A stretch of 62,305 nt of DNA, the filler included, from Choristocarpus tenellus KU-1152 (Eukaryota; Protista; Phaeophyceae), in the NCBI GenBank assembly GCA_964200185.2. It is 10 parts of 10 records of this genome, joined end to end, with 100 filler letters (N's around TTAATTAATTAA, not from the genome) between each part and the next. Parts side by side here need not be neighbours in the genome. Positions count along the whole stretch, not along the records: positions 46,619 to 58,939 come from CAXNAD020001873.1; positions 59,040 to 62,305 come from CAXNAD020021164.1; 8 more parts are not named here. One strand, given 5' to 3'. Below are positions 48,241-61,516 of this stretch, piece by piece. The first letter of the stretch is position 1; the number at the start of each line of letters is the position of its first letter. A program made the position numbers and the translations under genes. Under the pieces are notes generated by a model. It was not told the DNA's origin, made no database searches, and saw nothing but the letters and a program-made list of their open reading frames with translations.

Positions 48241-51042
48241 TAGAGTATACAGACCAACCAGTAACCAAGAACTAAACGTTACCCTAATGAACCATTACTA
48301 CCCCCACTTAATACCTATTGCCATTTACACATACCTTATGTGTTGCTGCAATAGGAGGCCATACAGGTGGGGAATTCAATCACTTGTGCGTGTGTGTATG
48401 TGCATTTGTATGACGTACCAATGGCTACTATAAAGACCGCTGAGGGGGCGAGGGTAGATGTTTGCAAAACACCTGTAGCAGCCCACAGGGAGTCTGCATA
48501 CCATGCACTTCTAATGTAATTGAGGAAAAAAACATCAGTGGCTATCACTAGATGCAAAGCGGTGGGTAGATGTACCTGTCATCATAAACCCCCCTTTCCT
48601 TCCACCTCTAGTGGTGTTATTATCGTACAACTAGAATCGTACCATCCCCCTTCCCTTCCTTACCTCTGTATCTATTTAAACATACTATCAGAAATATTTT
48701 GTATTCAAAACGGTTCTATTGTGGAAGATGAGATCGCACAGGTTGCTGTCGTACAACCCCAAAATTTGGGATTTTAAAAGGTTCCGTTCTGCGTCACAAC
48801 GAGACATATTATTAGTATTATTACGACTACATGAAGTACAGCTCGCAAGAATGCACGGGACAGGATTCACTGAGGAATGGTAGCTGAAAAATGAGGAGAC
48901 ACTGCCAATCTCCCCCACCCCAGCCACACTCTGAGCAAGAGAGACGTAAGCCATGAACACAATATATAACATACTATTTAGGATAAACATACAACCACCA
49001 TGGAATACACAACTGAAAAAATACTTCTTGTGCACATGTGTTGATGATACCACTCTCAAGACGCCTCTCAGGACATTCTTCATCTGGCGCAGCCCCTGCT
49101 GGAATATTGCCTTTTGAATTAAGGTTGCCCCATGTGGTTTGGATAGGGAACAGCAGGGGGGAATGTACAGGTAAGAAAGCTAGGTTATAAGATAACTTTA
49201 ACCAAATTGTGCGTGTGTTGAGTTGCATCACAAGTAATGTGCTGAAAATGAGAGCAAATTTCAACCATCGTTTGGACATCAAAACCTTGTTTTTCTTAGG
49301 CATTTACAAAATAGGTGCATTATAGTAGAAGCGACAAATCTCCTAATAATGAAGCTTCTCTTTGGCAGTTAAAAAATAGGTACTCCAGGAGTACATCACA
49401 GTAGAGATGAAAAATCTCCTCGTGTGCTCCCTCTTTGGTGGTTACAAAATAGGTACATCCCAGAATTTTCATAAGTTCGGTGCTTACGCTGGTCAATACA
49501 ATTCTCCTCCAGTCACTGCGGGAGCTTAGCCCTCTTGGCTTCTTTTTCCATACACTCATATTTCTTCATATTCTCCATCTCCTGAATATCATTACCACCT
49601 TCAATGGTTGGCTGTTCCTCGTCACCCTTTCCCCCTTGAGGAGTTTCAACTTAGTGGGTCCATCTACGTCTCTTGCAGCTTCCACAACCCCCAAGCAGGT
49701 TTCTATCTGGTCTGCGCTTTTCTATAAGTCCCCATATCCCCCATTGTCATAATAGACCCCTTTCCACTTTTCCTCCTCCTTGACAATTCTGGCCGATTCC
49801 TCCTTGCCTTGCATCCCAACTGGGCATGGACTATCTGGTCCGGGGCCTCATCACCTCCAGTTTTTTCGGTGTTGGAAGAGACCAGAGTACAGCTTCCTGG
49901 GCTTGCTTGCGCCTCATAACGAGGGTCGTCACTTGCTGCTGCCCCTGCCCACTCTTGATGAGGTGAAGGGCATGAGTCCAGCTCTCCTTTCCTACTTTTT
50001 TAGTCTAACCCAGCTTCAATAGGCGCAGGATGGTGGAGCAAACCAGAAGGTGCCTGTGAACTTAATATTTTTTACCATTGACAACACCATTTGAAGGAAC
50101 AATCAGGATGCATGGCATCTCCTGGGTTTATCCAGGTATACTTGACCAGCTTTTCCGTGCTAGCCTCTTCAGCAGACATGAGCCTGCCTAGGAGGTACTT
50201 TGCTGCCCCCTCACCGCATCACATTCCTGCTGAAGAGTGCTGTCTCGCCCCATCCAATGCCAGAGGATGTGTCACAGGAATTAAAGAGGTGGGAGAAAAA
50301 AGGATCAACTCATGTATCAGGAGAGGGAGAATTGTGATTGTTGCCGTGAATCAAGCAAAGGCAAGGGAGACCATTACAATACTGTCCTAATAAGCCCGTT
50401 AAGGGCGTGTGAGGACTACTCTGTCAAATAGATACTACAAATTATGGGACACAGTAAGAGAAGTCGTAACCTCCTATTCCAAGTCCAACAAGTGACATGA
50501 AATCACCACATATTAGTCCGACCCTGACGAATAGTTGGCCTGCTTGAAGATTGTTGTTGTATGAGGTGTACTGTATCTTCTGCAGGCGGACATCCTTTGA
50601 CCACTGTACAGCCTGCATCTTCGGTATAATAGAGCTCCACTCGAGTTATAGCAGCTAAAGCAGGAAGGTGGTGAGGGGCACGGGGTATGTAAGAAGGACA
50701 CCACGAGACAGGTCACTACAGGAAGTGTGCCATACACTACGAAAATCCGTAACTGAAAAACTTAACCCTTGCTCCTGTTTTAGCACCCCGCGTTCCCAGC
50801 ACAAGCATTTCTCTCCGCAGACATGGACACCTAATAACATGTCGACCTGGTGCTCCATATTTACCGCATTCCATTTCACATCCATTGGACATCTCTAGCA
50901 ATAACAAACTGAAAACATATGACGCCAGTCTTCTTTCCCTCCTCTCCCATCTTACTGAAAATATTCCTCCTATATACATACCTCAGTCCTTGACCAATTC
51001 CCCCCCTGCAGCCGCAATCAAAAGTCAATGCATAGTGGTAAT

Positions 51043-54000
51043 CACCTGCGTCACTTGCGAGAGAGACGTGCTGGCAGCCTTTCACCAGGTAGGTGGTCGA
51101 GGTTCGTTGGAAAGTCTAAGCTCAAAGACATCTCAACTTGCAAAAATTCGACAGGACATTATGGTGACCATGCGTTTGCAACTTCCATCGTTGAAATTTA
51201 TCCGTTTAAGCACTGGCAAGAGAGTCCTTGGGGTCATTCTTCTCCACACCAAAGACCTGTATCACTGCCACGAAACGATTTTTTTGTGGGGTCACAGAAA
51301 CATAGCAGATAGTTGAAACCACAAGTATCAACAGCTACAAATTTTTTGTTGGATATGTGGGAGTAGGTGTAAGAAGCTCAGTGTCGGCAAGCACACGACT
51401 CCTGTTGGTGTGATGCGAACGGTTAAGCCCTAATGAAAACCGAAAAAGATCGAACCCTGTCCTAGTATAGTCGATAAAAACAAAGACAACCCTAACCATA
51501 TCTATCCGTTTCGTACTACACTACATACAGTAATTCATCTCGCAAAAGGTTCCTTTTCAATACTTGGTACGTTGTGCAAACACTGCTAGCAGGACAAACT
51601 TTTTTATTTTTCAGACTCAGAAAGTACCTAAGGAACAACATTTTTAGATCACACCTGTAAGTTTGTAGAACAGATAGATGATCAACATACACTGGACGAT
51701 ACGAAAGGACTGATCTGCAGCAAATAAATGGAAAAGACCTGTAAGGCAATTGTAATCTGTAACGTACGGGTGACCTTACCAATTTCATCTAACTTATGCA
51801 CCTCTTCCAACAGGATCTTTATTTGCTGCATGGACTCTTCTGTTGATTTTGCTTCCTCCTTCTCCTCCACGGTATCCATCAACCAAGCAGAGAGCACTCA
51901 GAAAATATTGCATTATCCAGGGTCATCTGGTTCAAGATGGATAGGAAGTATATCTAGATCGCCAATTACTGCGCACATTGAAGAGCAAAAGGTATATCGG
52001 AGATGACATTGTAAAGTAGGCAGGATTGAAGGGGGCAGTGATGATAACCCCGACGCTCCTATGGAAGATCCCCAGCCTCTAATCTAAACACAGCAAAAAA
52101 AAACTAGCATAATATAGTGCACTTTGCTTGCAAATGGGGTTGATTTTCCACTGCAACACATACATGTCTTTTAGCAATGGTCCAAACAGGTACTTGAAGC
52201 AATTGACATTTTTAAAAGCCTTCAGATTTGGAGGTGTCAAATGAAAAACCAGTGGCATAACGCGATTGAGGTAATAAAGGACTGGGAATCACCATCAGAC
52301 ACCACCAGTCAATACTCGTACTGCAGTACGTACCCTGTTGTTGTTGCCATAATAAATAATTCATACCAACAACCATGGGCGCAGACAAGCAGCAAATAAA
52401 AACAATTCATCCAGGACCACCTTACAAGTTGTGATGAGTGGTAAGCCCAAGCCACCGTTTGCAGCCAGGAGAATGGAAGAGGAGTCACTTGAGACCAAAA
52501 AAATATTGGGGTCAATAAAAACTTCTAGAATTCAAGGTACGTTTCCTGTGTCGAGGCAAGATGCCTGTTAGATCAGTTGTGACCACAGGAGATGATCGAC
52601 ACGATCAGAAGGAGATAACGACAGCAGTAACCCCAAGACACGGGCTAAATTTCAACTTTAAAAGCTTCAACGATTGCAGAACCAATATCAGAAGACTTAA
52701 CAATGATTCGAAATCAAGAAGAAGTCTCAGTTGTCACTAGTAATCATAGGAGAGGCTACTAGGTTGCCAGAGTTAAAAGGTGAAATCTATCCCCCTCCGA
52801 AACCAGTTGATGGGCATAATATCTTGCAGTCACCCAAGTCGAAAGAAAAAAAACATGTAGACACGTAGATATCAATTAATGGATAGCCCCTATACCCCCC
52901 TTTTAGGAGAGAAAAAAACGTTGATGTCTCGACGGAGTTTCACCTTTATAGATCTCGGTTTAGACTTTCATGTTTCAGCCCCTGCACTCGCATAAAACAC
53001 ATCTTGGTGGCTTGGTGGAGCAAAGGCTCAATTCTCAATAGTACAGGCCAATGTTCAGACCAGCACCATTGAGAAGGTATGAGCTCAGATATTTACTTAC
53101 GAAGCCATGTGTTTTTATGATTTTTGGTGCATAAGATGAGGTGATCCAATACACAGAAATGGGCTAATTGTCATCCATTTGTTTCCAAAATATCTGACCG
53201 TATTCAGATGGCTTTTTGACATCTGAAATCCCTTAGGTACGGGCATCACCAATTATATTCAAACTTGACGGCTGTAAGCATGAATCAACACATGGACATG
53301 TGTCAAGTCCATACACAAATTTGCTCATTTATGCAAAAGAACACAGAACGCTAGGAATAAACCCAGAATACGCTAACTAACAGGCTTACGCGTGCAACAG
53401 ACAGAATAAGACAAAAAAAAATGAAACAAAACCAACAATACACACAAATTATGCTAAATAAAGTAAAATGCAACTGCAATCGCATTGTAGCACATATATA
53501 TGCCAACTATCATTCCACCACACCCCCCCCTACCCCCTGATTACAGTACTGAGCGAAAGACCATGTGTATATACATGCATATTAAAGTGAACTATAGACA
53601 TGAACATACACATTCAACATTTATCCCCTCTCAACTAGACCTATAATTACCATGCTGAGTCATTGTACATTTCTCTAGGTAACTAGCATAATAAAATTAC
53701 ATGTGCATATTCAACTCTTTTCCCCTCGAAACTTGCGTCATACGCGACGGGTGTTAATACCGGTTTCATGAAACACCAAAATTACCTTAAAGTCCTAGAT
53801 TTGATTTATTGCACTTCTTGACTTATATTTAATACTAGTCATTATAATACTGTACATAGGTCGAGTATGTGTTCAGTCCTTCTGTATACCCCAATTAAAG
53901 CAATAAAGTGAATAATTGAAGTGAGAGATACGGCATATTTGAAGATATTTCCATTAAGGCATCCTCTACAAGCCTCATCTTCCACGAACAGGCTTATGGA

Positions 54001-54950
54001 TTGGAGCTTCATATCCCATCACCTTCAGCTTACCGAGTGTTTTGGAACGCTTGGCGTGCTATTGCCATGCTGACACAATGCACATACCTCAGGGCAGCTA
54101 AGGACGTGCACATACATGTTCAACTTTCTATGTATAGTAATGGTAGGAACATAATGCAATGGAGTAATTGCACCAACCTGAACGACCGGTACCAAAATCC
54201 AATGAGTCACACGCAGAGATACTTTAATGAAAGGATATAGACATCTTTCTTAAGGTCGTGTATCTCACACATGCTACCATGGCTACCCCCTTTTGGTTGT
54301 ACATGTATTACATTTGGCTATATGTGTATGATTAAACGGATGGCACATGATCTACACCCCCAACCTTCAGGTGTAGCAGGCAATCTTTATCCGTGTGTTT
54401 GATATTATGAGACTGGGTCTACAAAACACAACTCGTTGAAAAGGCTGATCATTATAGCTGCCAACACTTAATTATAAATTCATCATATGTGATCCTCGAA
54501 TCCTTGTGTTTAAGGGTCAAAGAATTAAAAGGGTGTGTGAGGAAAACAAAACTCAACTCGTCCATGTGATACACAAGCAGTTTCTGTTTGTGGTATCTTT
54601 CATACCAGTTGTGCGACAAAAACATCAATTCCGTACACATATTATGGGGACTGTAGTGAATGATTGCTGCTCATGCAACATTTGCAGACCACAATGCGCA
54701 TCCTCTAGTAGTCCTTGTACGTGCAACCTTTTGTGACCTTCATGCCACATATATATGAGATCCATGATCAATTGTGTGTGATCTCTTGATAATAATACAC
54801 CTGAAGTGGCAAAGAACATTTACATGATTGCTATGGACTGTAGTGTCCGTGTAGTTTGACATTATGGCATACTGCACCCTCGACCTTGAATTCTCCGCGG
54901 ACGCACCCCCTTCACGATCTTTATCCTCTATCTCCACCTTGTTGGAAACT
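51043..54950 (-). pseudogene. Decayed multi-exon gene of unknown family
   Basis: Phase-compatible exons such as DSSSILLAANGGLGLPLITT|LIGDLDILPIHLEPDDPG*CNIF*VLSAWLMDTVEEKEE...DEI|GTAAG and NKVEIEDKDREGG...NH|GT, with several in-frame stops. Confidence 0.45.
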
Positions 54951-55009
54951 GGAGTGAATAGACGTTTGTTGCGAAGATTAATGTTATGTCGGTTTTAGGT
55001 ATTAAATAA

Positions 55010-55082
55010 GCCCGGGTGGTCTAGTTGGTAAGATTCCTCTTTAGGGTAGAGGAGATCGCGAGTTCAAGTCTCGCCTCGGGTC
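55010..55082 (+). tRNA. tRNA-Pro (anticodon AGG)
   Basis: Full cloverleaf: acceptor GCCCGGG/CTCGGGT (two G-U pairs), D stem GTCT/AGAT, anticodon stem CCTCT/AGAGG with loop TTAGGGT, T stem GCGAG/CTCGC with loop TTCAAGT, discriminator C. A T4 Pol III terminator lies at 55093-55096. Confidence 0.9.
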
Positions 55083-55569
55083 TGCTACTATCTTTTAACA
55101 CCTCAAGCTATATCCCATCACTCTACATTTTTCGATGGATCGTGTCAGCGAAGTGTATTATACAACAAAAACGGTACACTATCGACTGATTTATTTGATT
55201 TTGATACTCTTTTTAATAGTAAGAAACAGTGATGATGATTATACTCAATATTTGGTAGGTGTTGTTGAGCGCAAAAAAAAGCAACATGGTACAGTAAAAA
55301 CGGGGTTCACCAGTCAATTCCCCTCCTCTCCTTACAAAAAGAAAAGAACCAGGTATCAGTTCCAGCATCAAGGGGTCGTGTACCCACTCATAGTTTCAGG
55401 TCAGAAAATATCAGGTCAAGTACTACACACCCACCAACAGCACATACATCCTACCACCCAGTACTAAGAAGGGTATGTCGCAATAGCCATATCTCATGCT
55501 CAACCCAAGGTTCCGGCTAGTGTTACCTGTGTTTGGTTATTGTGGGCATTTAGCATTTTCACTTGGTGA

Positions 55570-55990
55570 GCTGCAGCTGCCTCAGGTTCCCGAGCACGCC
55601 AGACCTCCATTAAGTGTTCGACCACATCTTCCATGCACCTGTTGTATCATTTGTTCAGACCTAGATAAAGAAAAAACCACTCTTCGGTTGTGATTTCTGA
55701 TACACTCGAGGTCATCTTGAAGGAATCATCACCAATTATCCTTCGGTTCTCCCATCCTCCCCTTTGGTTTCTTAGTTTCAATCTCCCCAAATATCAAGTT
55801 CTTGGACAACCGATCAGTGTCCATATGTGCCACAAAACCTGCAAATGCATATGGTCGACTTGATGCTCTTGAACCCAGTTCTCTCTCACTAGTGCTTCCC
55901 TGTGTGGAAAGGGGTGATCTGTACGTTCCTTTCACGGAACCTGGTACAGCGTGTTCTCTCCTGTTAGTCGCTAAGCCACAAAGAACAATG
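55570..55990 (-). mobile_element. LINE (RTE-like) ORF C-terminal relic
   Basis: FAGFVAHMDTDRLSKNLIFGEI....G..GEPKDNW**FLQDDL is the typical post-RT tail of RTE-type LINEs. It contains stops and frameshifts. Confidence 0.75.
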
Positions 55991-56950
55991 CAGAAATCCT
56001 GAATCGTGATGGCAAGGCTCAATAGTGGCCAGGTGGGTACTGCACGAGATTCATTCGAGGTAAGAGGCAGAGCAATGAGTGGTGAGATGGCTGAACCCAA
56101 CTCGAGAGAATTATGCAAGGCTCGCACGGGGAAGAGCAATTAGTTGTAAGTGCAATATGTACTTTGTGGATAATGAGAAGTAGTAATGTCTCTGGCCACG
56201 GGTTGGGGCTAGGTATGTTACAGGTGATATTTCTTGATAGTGGTTCATAAACACCATTATGACCTTGAAGTTCTAGATTTGATATATTTGTACTTTTGAC
56301 TATTTATTTATCATTTGCTCATTATGGTCCCCGATTGCGATAAGACATCGTAGACCAGTTCCTTTTTATACAATGATATTGATGATAATCCAAGTTAGAG
56401 ATACTGCATTCTTGACGACTTGTGCATCAGGAGTCCTATACATGCATCAGTATCATCTACAGGCCTGTAGATTAGAGCTATACATCCTGTGGAGGTAAGC
56501 TTCGGGAGTGCCCTGTAATAGGTATGGTTAACCTAGGTTCCTAGCACACAGTGTATCGCAACATAACGTGACCATACTGGGCTCGCCGTTATACGCACCC
56601 CAAGACTCTTTTCCATTCCCCCTTCAAATTTTGCGCTTACACACTTACCCTTCGAGTCCTTAGTACGTCTAAACTATCCTCACAATAATTGAATGTTGTA
56701 GCGCATGCTAGACTCAAATTATTCGTTTATACGCCTCCTTTACATACTAGAGTCTGTTGTCCATATCTCTGCCACAATCCAATATCACACTTCAGCCAAC
56801 AACCTCAACTACAAATGTTACAACCTTTGCAACCAGCGATGCTATTCAATAAACACTATCAGTCCTCCTGTGCTCCCTTAGAAGCCATACTTTTGAAATA
56901 GTGCTCGTTGTGATACTGTGATATCTGCAATTCTACCAGTGTTATTGACG

Positions 56951-57027
56951 CATACACATACATACATACATACATACATACATACATACATACATAAATA
57001 CATACATACATACATACATACATACAT
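56951..57027. repeat. (CATA)n microsatellite
   Basis: About 19 units, directly visible. Confidence 0.95.
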
Positions 57028-59039
57028 GAGCTCGACAGTACTTTGGGCATCATCTGCATACATTTTTGAGCATTGTAGTCACTTACATCAGTGCCCAACT
57101 TATCTCGGCACTGAATTTTGGGGCCAATGATTGAGCTTCACCTGCGAATCAAATGGGTTTCAAGTGGCTTGTAGCATCACTGGGTTAGCCTAAGCATCAA
57201 ATGGCTTGTAGGGGCTTGAAGGAATCTGCTCATCAAATTTTGGTATTGGGGGAATGGGTCTGCCCTTCCAACTGTGATTTCAAACTCTAACGGAGGCGAG
57301 TACGGCCTTGTGGCATGCAGGAGGCATTCTCTGCTCGACACTTTGTGTGATTTGTTTCCTGAAGTATGAGTTGTTGTAGGGTAGATCCTGGCTGTTAACG
57401 GACCTCTTTTGGTTGGATCACATTGTGACATAGTGCAGGTTGTTTTGACTTACAGATTACATACATTTCGAACGACTCAAATTGCTGGCTGGATCAAGCC
57501 CTGTATCCAGTTGTCATGAATTAGTTTATACCTTTGAACACCTTAGTTTTATAGCAACAACCAAAGTCAGATAATCAAGAGCGTTACATTATCGTTTAGC
57601 ACCCTCTAGTCCATTCACGTGCCCAATTAACACAATGATATTGACACACGACTCGAAAAGCAGCATTCGCAGGTGGGCACGATTTGTGCACCGGACACGG
57701 TTGAAAATATAACGCGTCTAGGAGCACAATATAAAATGAATCTTTAACAATGATATCACTGTCACACTACTAATAGATTACTCCAGGGTAACCTAGTTTT
57801 ATACAGCTATCACTATATATGGATTTGTTCTAACAGCGCATCATAATTCTTAAGCACCAATGCTGCTACATTATCCCATCAAGGCGAATAAACTCGGCAC
57901 TGGAACCTGGAGATCTTCCTGAGACAAGGCAATTTCCTCTAATTCCCCTTTCTGAGAAGAGGGCTCTGCCCTCCGACTTGAGGCTTGAGGTTTAACCTGT
58001 TCGCTAGATGGGTTTATAGTTGCTTCTGATTCAATGGGATCGAGCCCCAAGTATATGGCTTCAGGGTCATCTTCAAATGGAGATGATGACCTTGTGGCTA
58101 TGCATAGAAGTATAGCCCGCTTCACTCTGTGTTTGGGTGATATTCCGAAATCGAGTAGAGTAGGCCCACTTTTTATGCACTTGCTCATGTTACCCATTTA
58201 TTATCTCTTGTACTCTTGAGTACTTAGACGATTGTCGTTCAGGTTCTCGGTCCTTCACAACTGAGGGTGCTTTCACCAGTGCACGGCCCTGTAGCAAGTT
58301 TAGGACAGCCTCTGCTCACGAAAATCCGATGGATGGGCAACACGACGACGACAGGCCATCCTTTTGTCAGAGCAGAAACCAGGACTGGACCACAAGCTTA
58401 AACGGGGGTGTTTTGGTGCCTTATTCTCATTATTCTATTGGAACGACTTGTCCCTCAGGCAATTACCTTACTCCCTTTGCATTGCCTCTCCTAACTCGCC
58501 ATAGAAGCACACAGCAATCTTCTGAGCAGCTAGCTCATCACCATTGAAGTTCCGAGTATTACGAGAAAACTCTCACAAGTCTTTTGTTCTGAGTTTACTA
58601 CAACCATGGACTTGCATTCTGGTAAGAGGTTTCACTCTGCCATGTTATCAATTAAGCTGTAGCCGATCACAGAACCTTGTACTATAGAGTTTCATTGTGG
58701 ACTCTAGGAGGCCTTATGTCTAGTTTAATATGTGCACTTTCAAGTAGGGATATAGAGTACGAAATATTTCTATGTGAATGGACACTGCCCATTCTAGTTT
58801 GTGGTGTGCCTGACCAAATAGGTGTGCAGAGCACGATATTTCGAGGTGATAAGAGATTACTAAGTAGATTAAATGAGTGAAAGTATCTAAGAGGGTACGA
58901 GTTTTGCCCTGTTGTCCATTTGGGGCTTGGCTCCCTCGGNNNNNNNNNNNNNNNNNNNNNNNNNNNNNNNNNNNNNNNNNNNNTTAATTAATTAANNNNN
59001 NNNNNNNNNNNNNNNNNNNNNNNNNNNNNNNNNNNNNNN

Positions 59040-59214
59040 GGGGGGGGGGGGGGGGGGGGGGGGGTCTACACCAGGGTGTCCATTCGGGCCCTGACCAGGA
59101 AAAGTGTACTCATATTATCCATCCGACTCATGCAACCAAATCACCCCAATAATCGCGACAAGGAAAAATGGGCCCCAAATGGACAGCTGCCACCCCCCCT
59201 AGATACTTTAAGCC
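59040..59214 (+). mobile_element. MITE family A at contig start
   Basis: G-run, family-A body and right TIR AGATACTTTAAGCC. Confidence 0.85.
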
Positions 59215-59354
59215 AGAACTTGTGAAATGTAAGGGCAATTTCCTTCACCTAAAGGCACCTTCCATTTCCATCCCCCTGCCTGAACCAAATCTGATTAGAC
59301 AAGGAGAGCCGCCGAGGCCGCTCTGTTGAGAGGCATCAGAAAAACAAGTACCGT

Positions 59355-59924
59355 GTGACACTCAGTGCGATATTAGGTGATGAGAAAGTGCGAGTAGTGT
59401 GGCGCAGCTGCATGATCAAATCGCAAAATGGACCACGCAGTCGTGACACTGATGCTGAGAGAAAATGCATGGAAGGCATTACCACACAAATGTGGTTGGA
59501 CCTTCAACCGCCGCGGAGCACTGCTCCGCAGTCTCTGCCACCTCGGGAAAGCATGAAGAGAGCGACGAGTCCATCAGAAGGTGGTACAGGGACGAAGCCT
59601 GTGGGGAAGCCTGGTCACGGCGGGCAAAGAGAGAACCAGGGTAGCCGGCTGAAGGGGAGGTTGGGGAGGAGAGCAGTGCGACTGCATGCCATTGCACTCA
59701 GGAAACCCCTAAGCGAAAACCCGGGTGTAGAATATCTTAGTAGTCGACGTTTGCTGCAGGCCCTGACTGTTTGGGAGCTATGCCAGCCGGAGTGGCTTAA
59801 GGAAACGAGAAAAAGGCTGTTAGGGTCGAGGTACAAGGGCTCTGAAGCCCGAAAGAAGATCGAAAGGGCTCGCAAGGAGGAGGAGAAAGCGATTGTAACA
59901 AAGGCAGCTGTGGAGACTTTTTGA
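59355..59924 (+). pseudogene. Basic, helical 189-codon ORF upstream of the DDE fragment; possibly the transposon's N-terminal region
   Basis: Longest ORF in the window, on the same strand just upstream of the transposase fragment. No motif recognised. Confidence 0.3.
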
Positions 59925-60119
59925 TACCACCAGATCCTTTACTTAGAAGAGGTCGTGAAGCAGGTGGAGGTAGCCATCGATGAGGAACCAGGGAAGAAGA
60001 GGAGGTGAGATTGAGACTATTCACACACCGGTGGTTTGGTGTCTCCCACTTCTTGCAAGTTGCCGTACATTCGCATTTTTCCTGGACTTGGGGTTGGACG
60101 TTTAAAGTTGATTAAGGCT

Positions 60120-60692
60120 TTCTTCCCGTGTGCATTCATTCGAGAAGTTTTGTGGGAAAAGGGGTTGTTAGAACCCGGAATGATGAAGGACGGGGGGAAG
60201 GGAGAGAAATATATCCCAAGCAAAAGCATGTGCATGTGCTTGGAGAGCAGAGGGACTTCAACAAGGTAGCTCCTAACCTTCAGCTTCTTGTCGAGCAATA
60301 CGGTGGGGTATGCCTTATATTCCCAAAGTATCACTGTGAGCTCAACCCCATTGAGCTCGTGCGGGGCCGAGCAAAGCACTGGCTACGACAGCATTGTACC
60401 TATTCTTTGGATGGACTCCGAAAAAACGTTCCTTTATGAGCTTGACACCGGCTGAGGATAATCAGGCTGTTTGACTCATACAGAAGTACTGGAAGAAGGC
60501 ATACACGCACCATCTCGTCTACTTCAAGATGGCTGCCACTGGACCAGAAGCCGACAAGGAGTACAAGAGGCTCATAGGCGCCCAGCACATTCGGAGTTCC
60601 TGGTGACAGATGGAGACAAGAGTTACATTTCCATTTAGTATTCATTCTGTAGGTCGTTTGTTTGGCTGGCGTTTCCCCCCCCTAACCAAGTA
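60120..60692 (+). mobile_element. IS630-Tc1/mariner DDE transposase 3' part (frameshifted) and right end
   Basis: IREVLWEKGLL...HVLGEQRDF....LQLLVEQYGGVCLIFPKYHCELNPIELVRGRAKHWLRQHCTYSLDGLRKNV, then a decayed KEYK.HRR tail. The sequence ends CCCCTAACCAAG|TA. Confidence 0.85.
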
Positions 60693-61220
60693 TACTTCAA
60701 TCAAGTAATACTACATCTGTTGCCACTGTTGGTGACCTACAATTCAGGGTTCGAACCCTATACAGGTGCTTCTTCAAAAAAAGAAAAAAAAATCGAAAAA
60801 AACCCTCAAGCCCTTTCTCTGAACAACCTTGTAACAGGCATTACTGATATGAATATATTTTAAAATCCAATGTCTACATCAAGAGTTATGTAGAGGATAA
60901 CCTATTGACACCGACTATAGTACTAATACTATTAGACTACTGTGAGAGCCATCTTCCACACAGAAGGTATACGCTGAAGGTAACCTATCTTGAAGAATCT
61001 GATATTCATATGACATTTGTTCGTGAATGTTGAAGGTAACATCTACTTGAAGTAAGATCGGGTGGAACCTTGCCAACCCCCCCCCTCATTCAGTTACCAC
61101 TGGAACACTCTTTTCCCGAGTGATTTTCTGAGGGATTGCTCTCCCCGCTCCCCTTCATTACGAAGAACCTGTCGGCTAGTTTCCATCTGTTTCACAGTGG
61201 CAACGACAGCAGGGAGCTTA

Positions 61221-61365
61221 CAAGAGGTACAAGTCTCATAGGCGCCTAGCACATTCGGAATTCCTGGTGACAGATGGAGACAAGAGTTACATTTACATCT
61301 AGTATTCATTCCATAGTTCTATAGGTCGTTTGTTTGGCTGGCGTTTATTCGCCCCTAACCAAGTA
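61221..61365 (+). mobile_element. Second copy of the 3' end of the same transposon family
   Basis: Near-identical to 60555-60692. It encodes KRYKSHRRL and ends CCCCTAACCAAG|TA. Confidence 0.8.
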
Positions 61366-61479
61366 CAGTGGGTTACCCGATTTTGTTCACCCGTAGGCAT
61401 GCCCAAAAAAGCAGAACAAAATTGATGTGGTACAAAATATCATTTTGTACAACTTGATACAAAACCGGGCATCCGACTA
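61366..61479. mobile_element. Small Tc1/pogo-like MITE
   Basis: TA|CAGTGGGTTACCCGATTTTGT ... ACAAAACCGGGCATCCGACTA form imperfect inverted termini, starting at the TA that ends the preceding element. Confidence 0.45.
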
Positions 61480-61516
61480 TGTGCCAAATGGTACAATATC
61501 GGGATAATTTTTAAAG

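Noticed and set aside
59355-61365. Fanzor/TnpB system with a conserved 3' RNA
   Set aside because: No RuvC or zinc-finger motifs are visible. The duplicated segment is the DDE transposase C-terminus plus a short right end.
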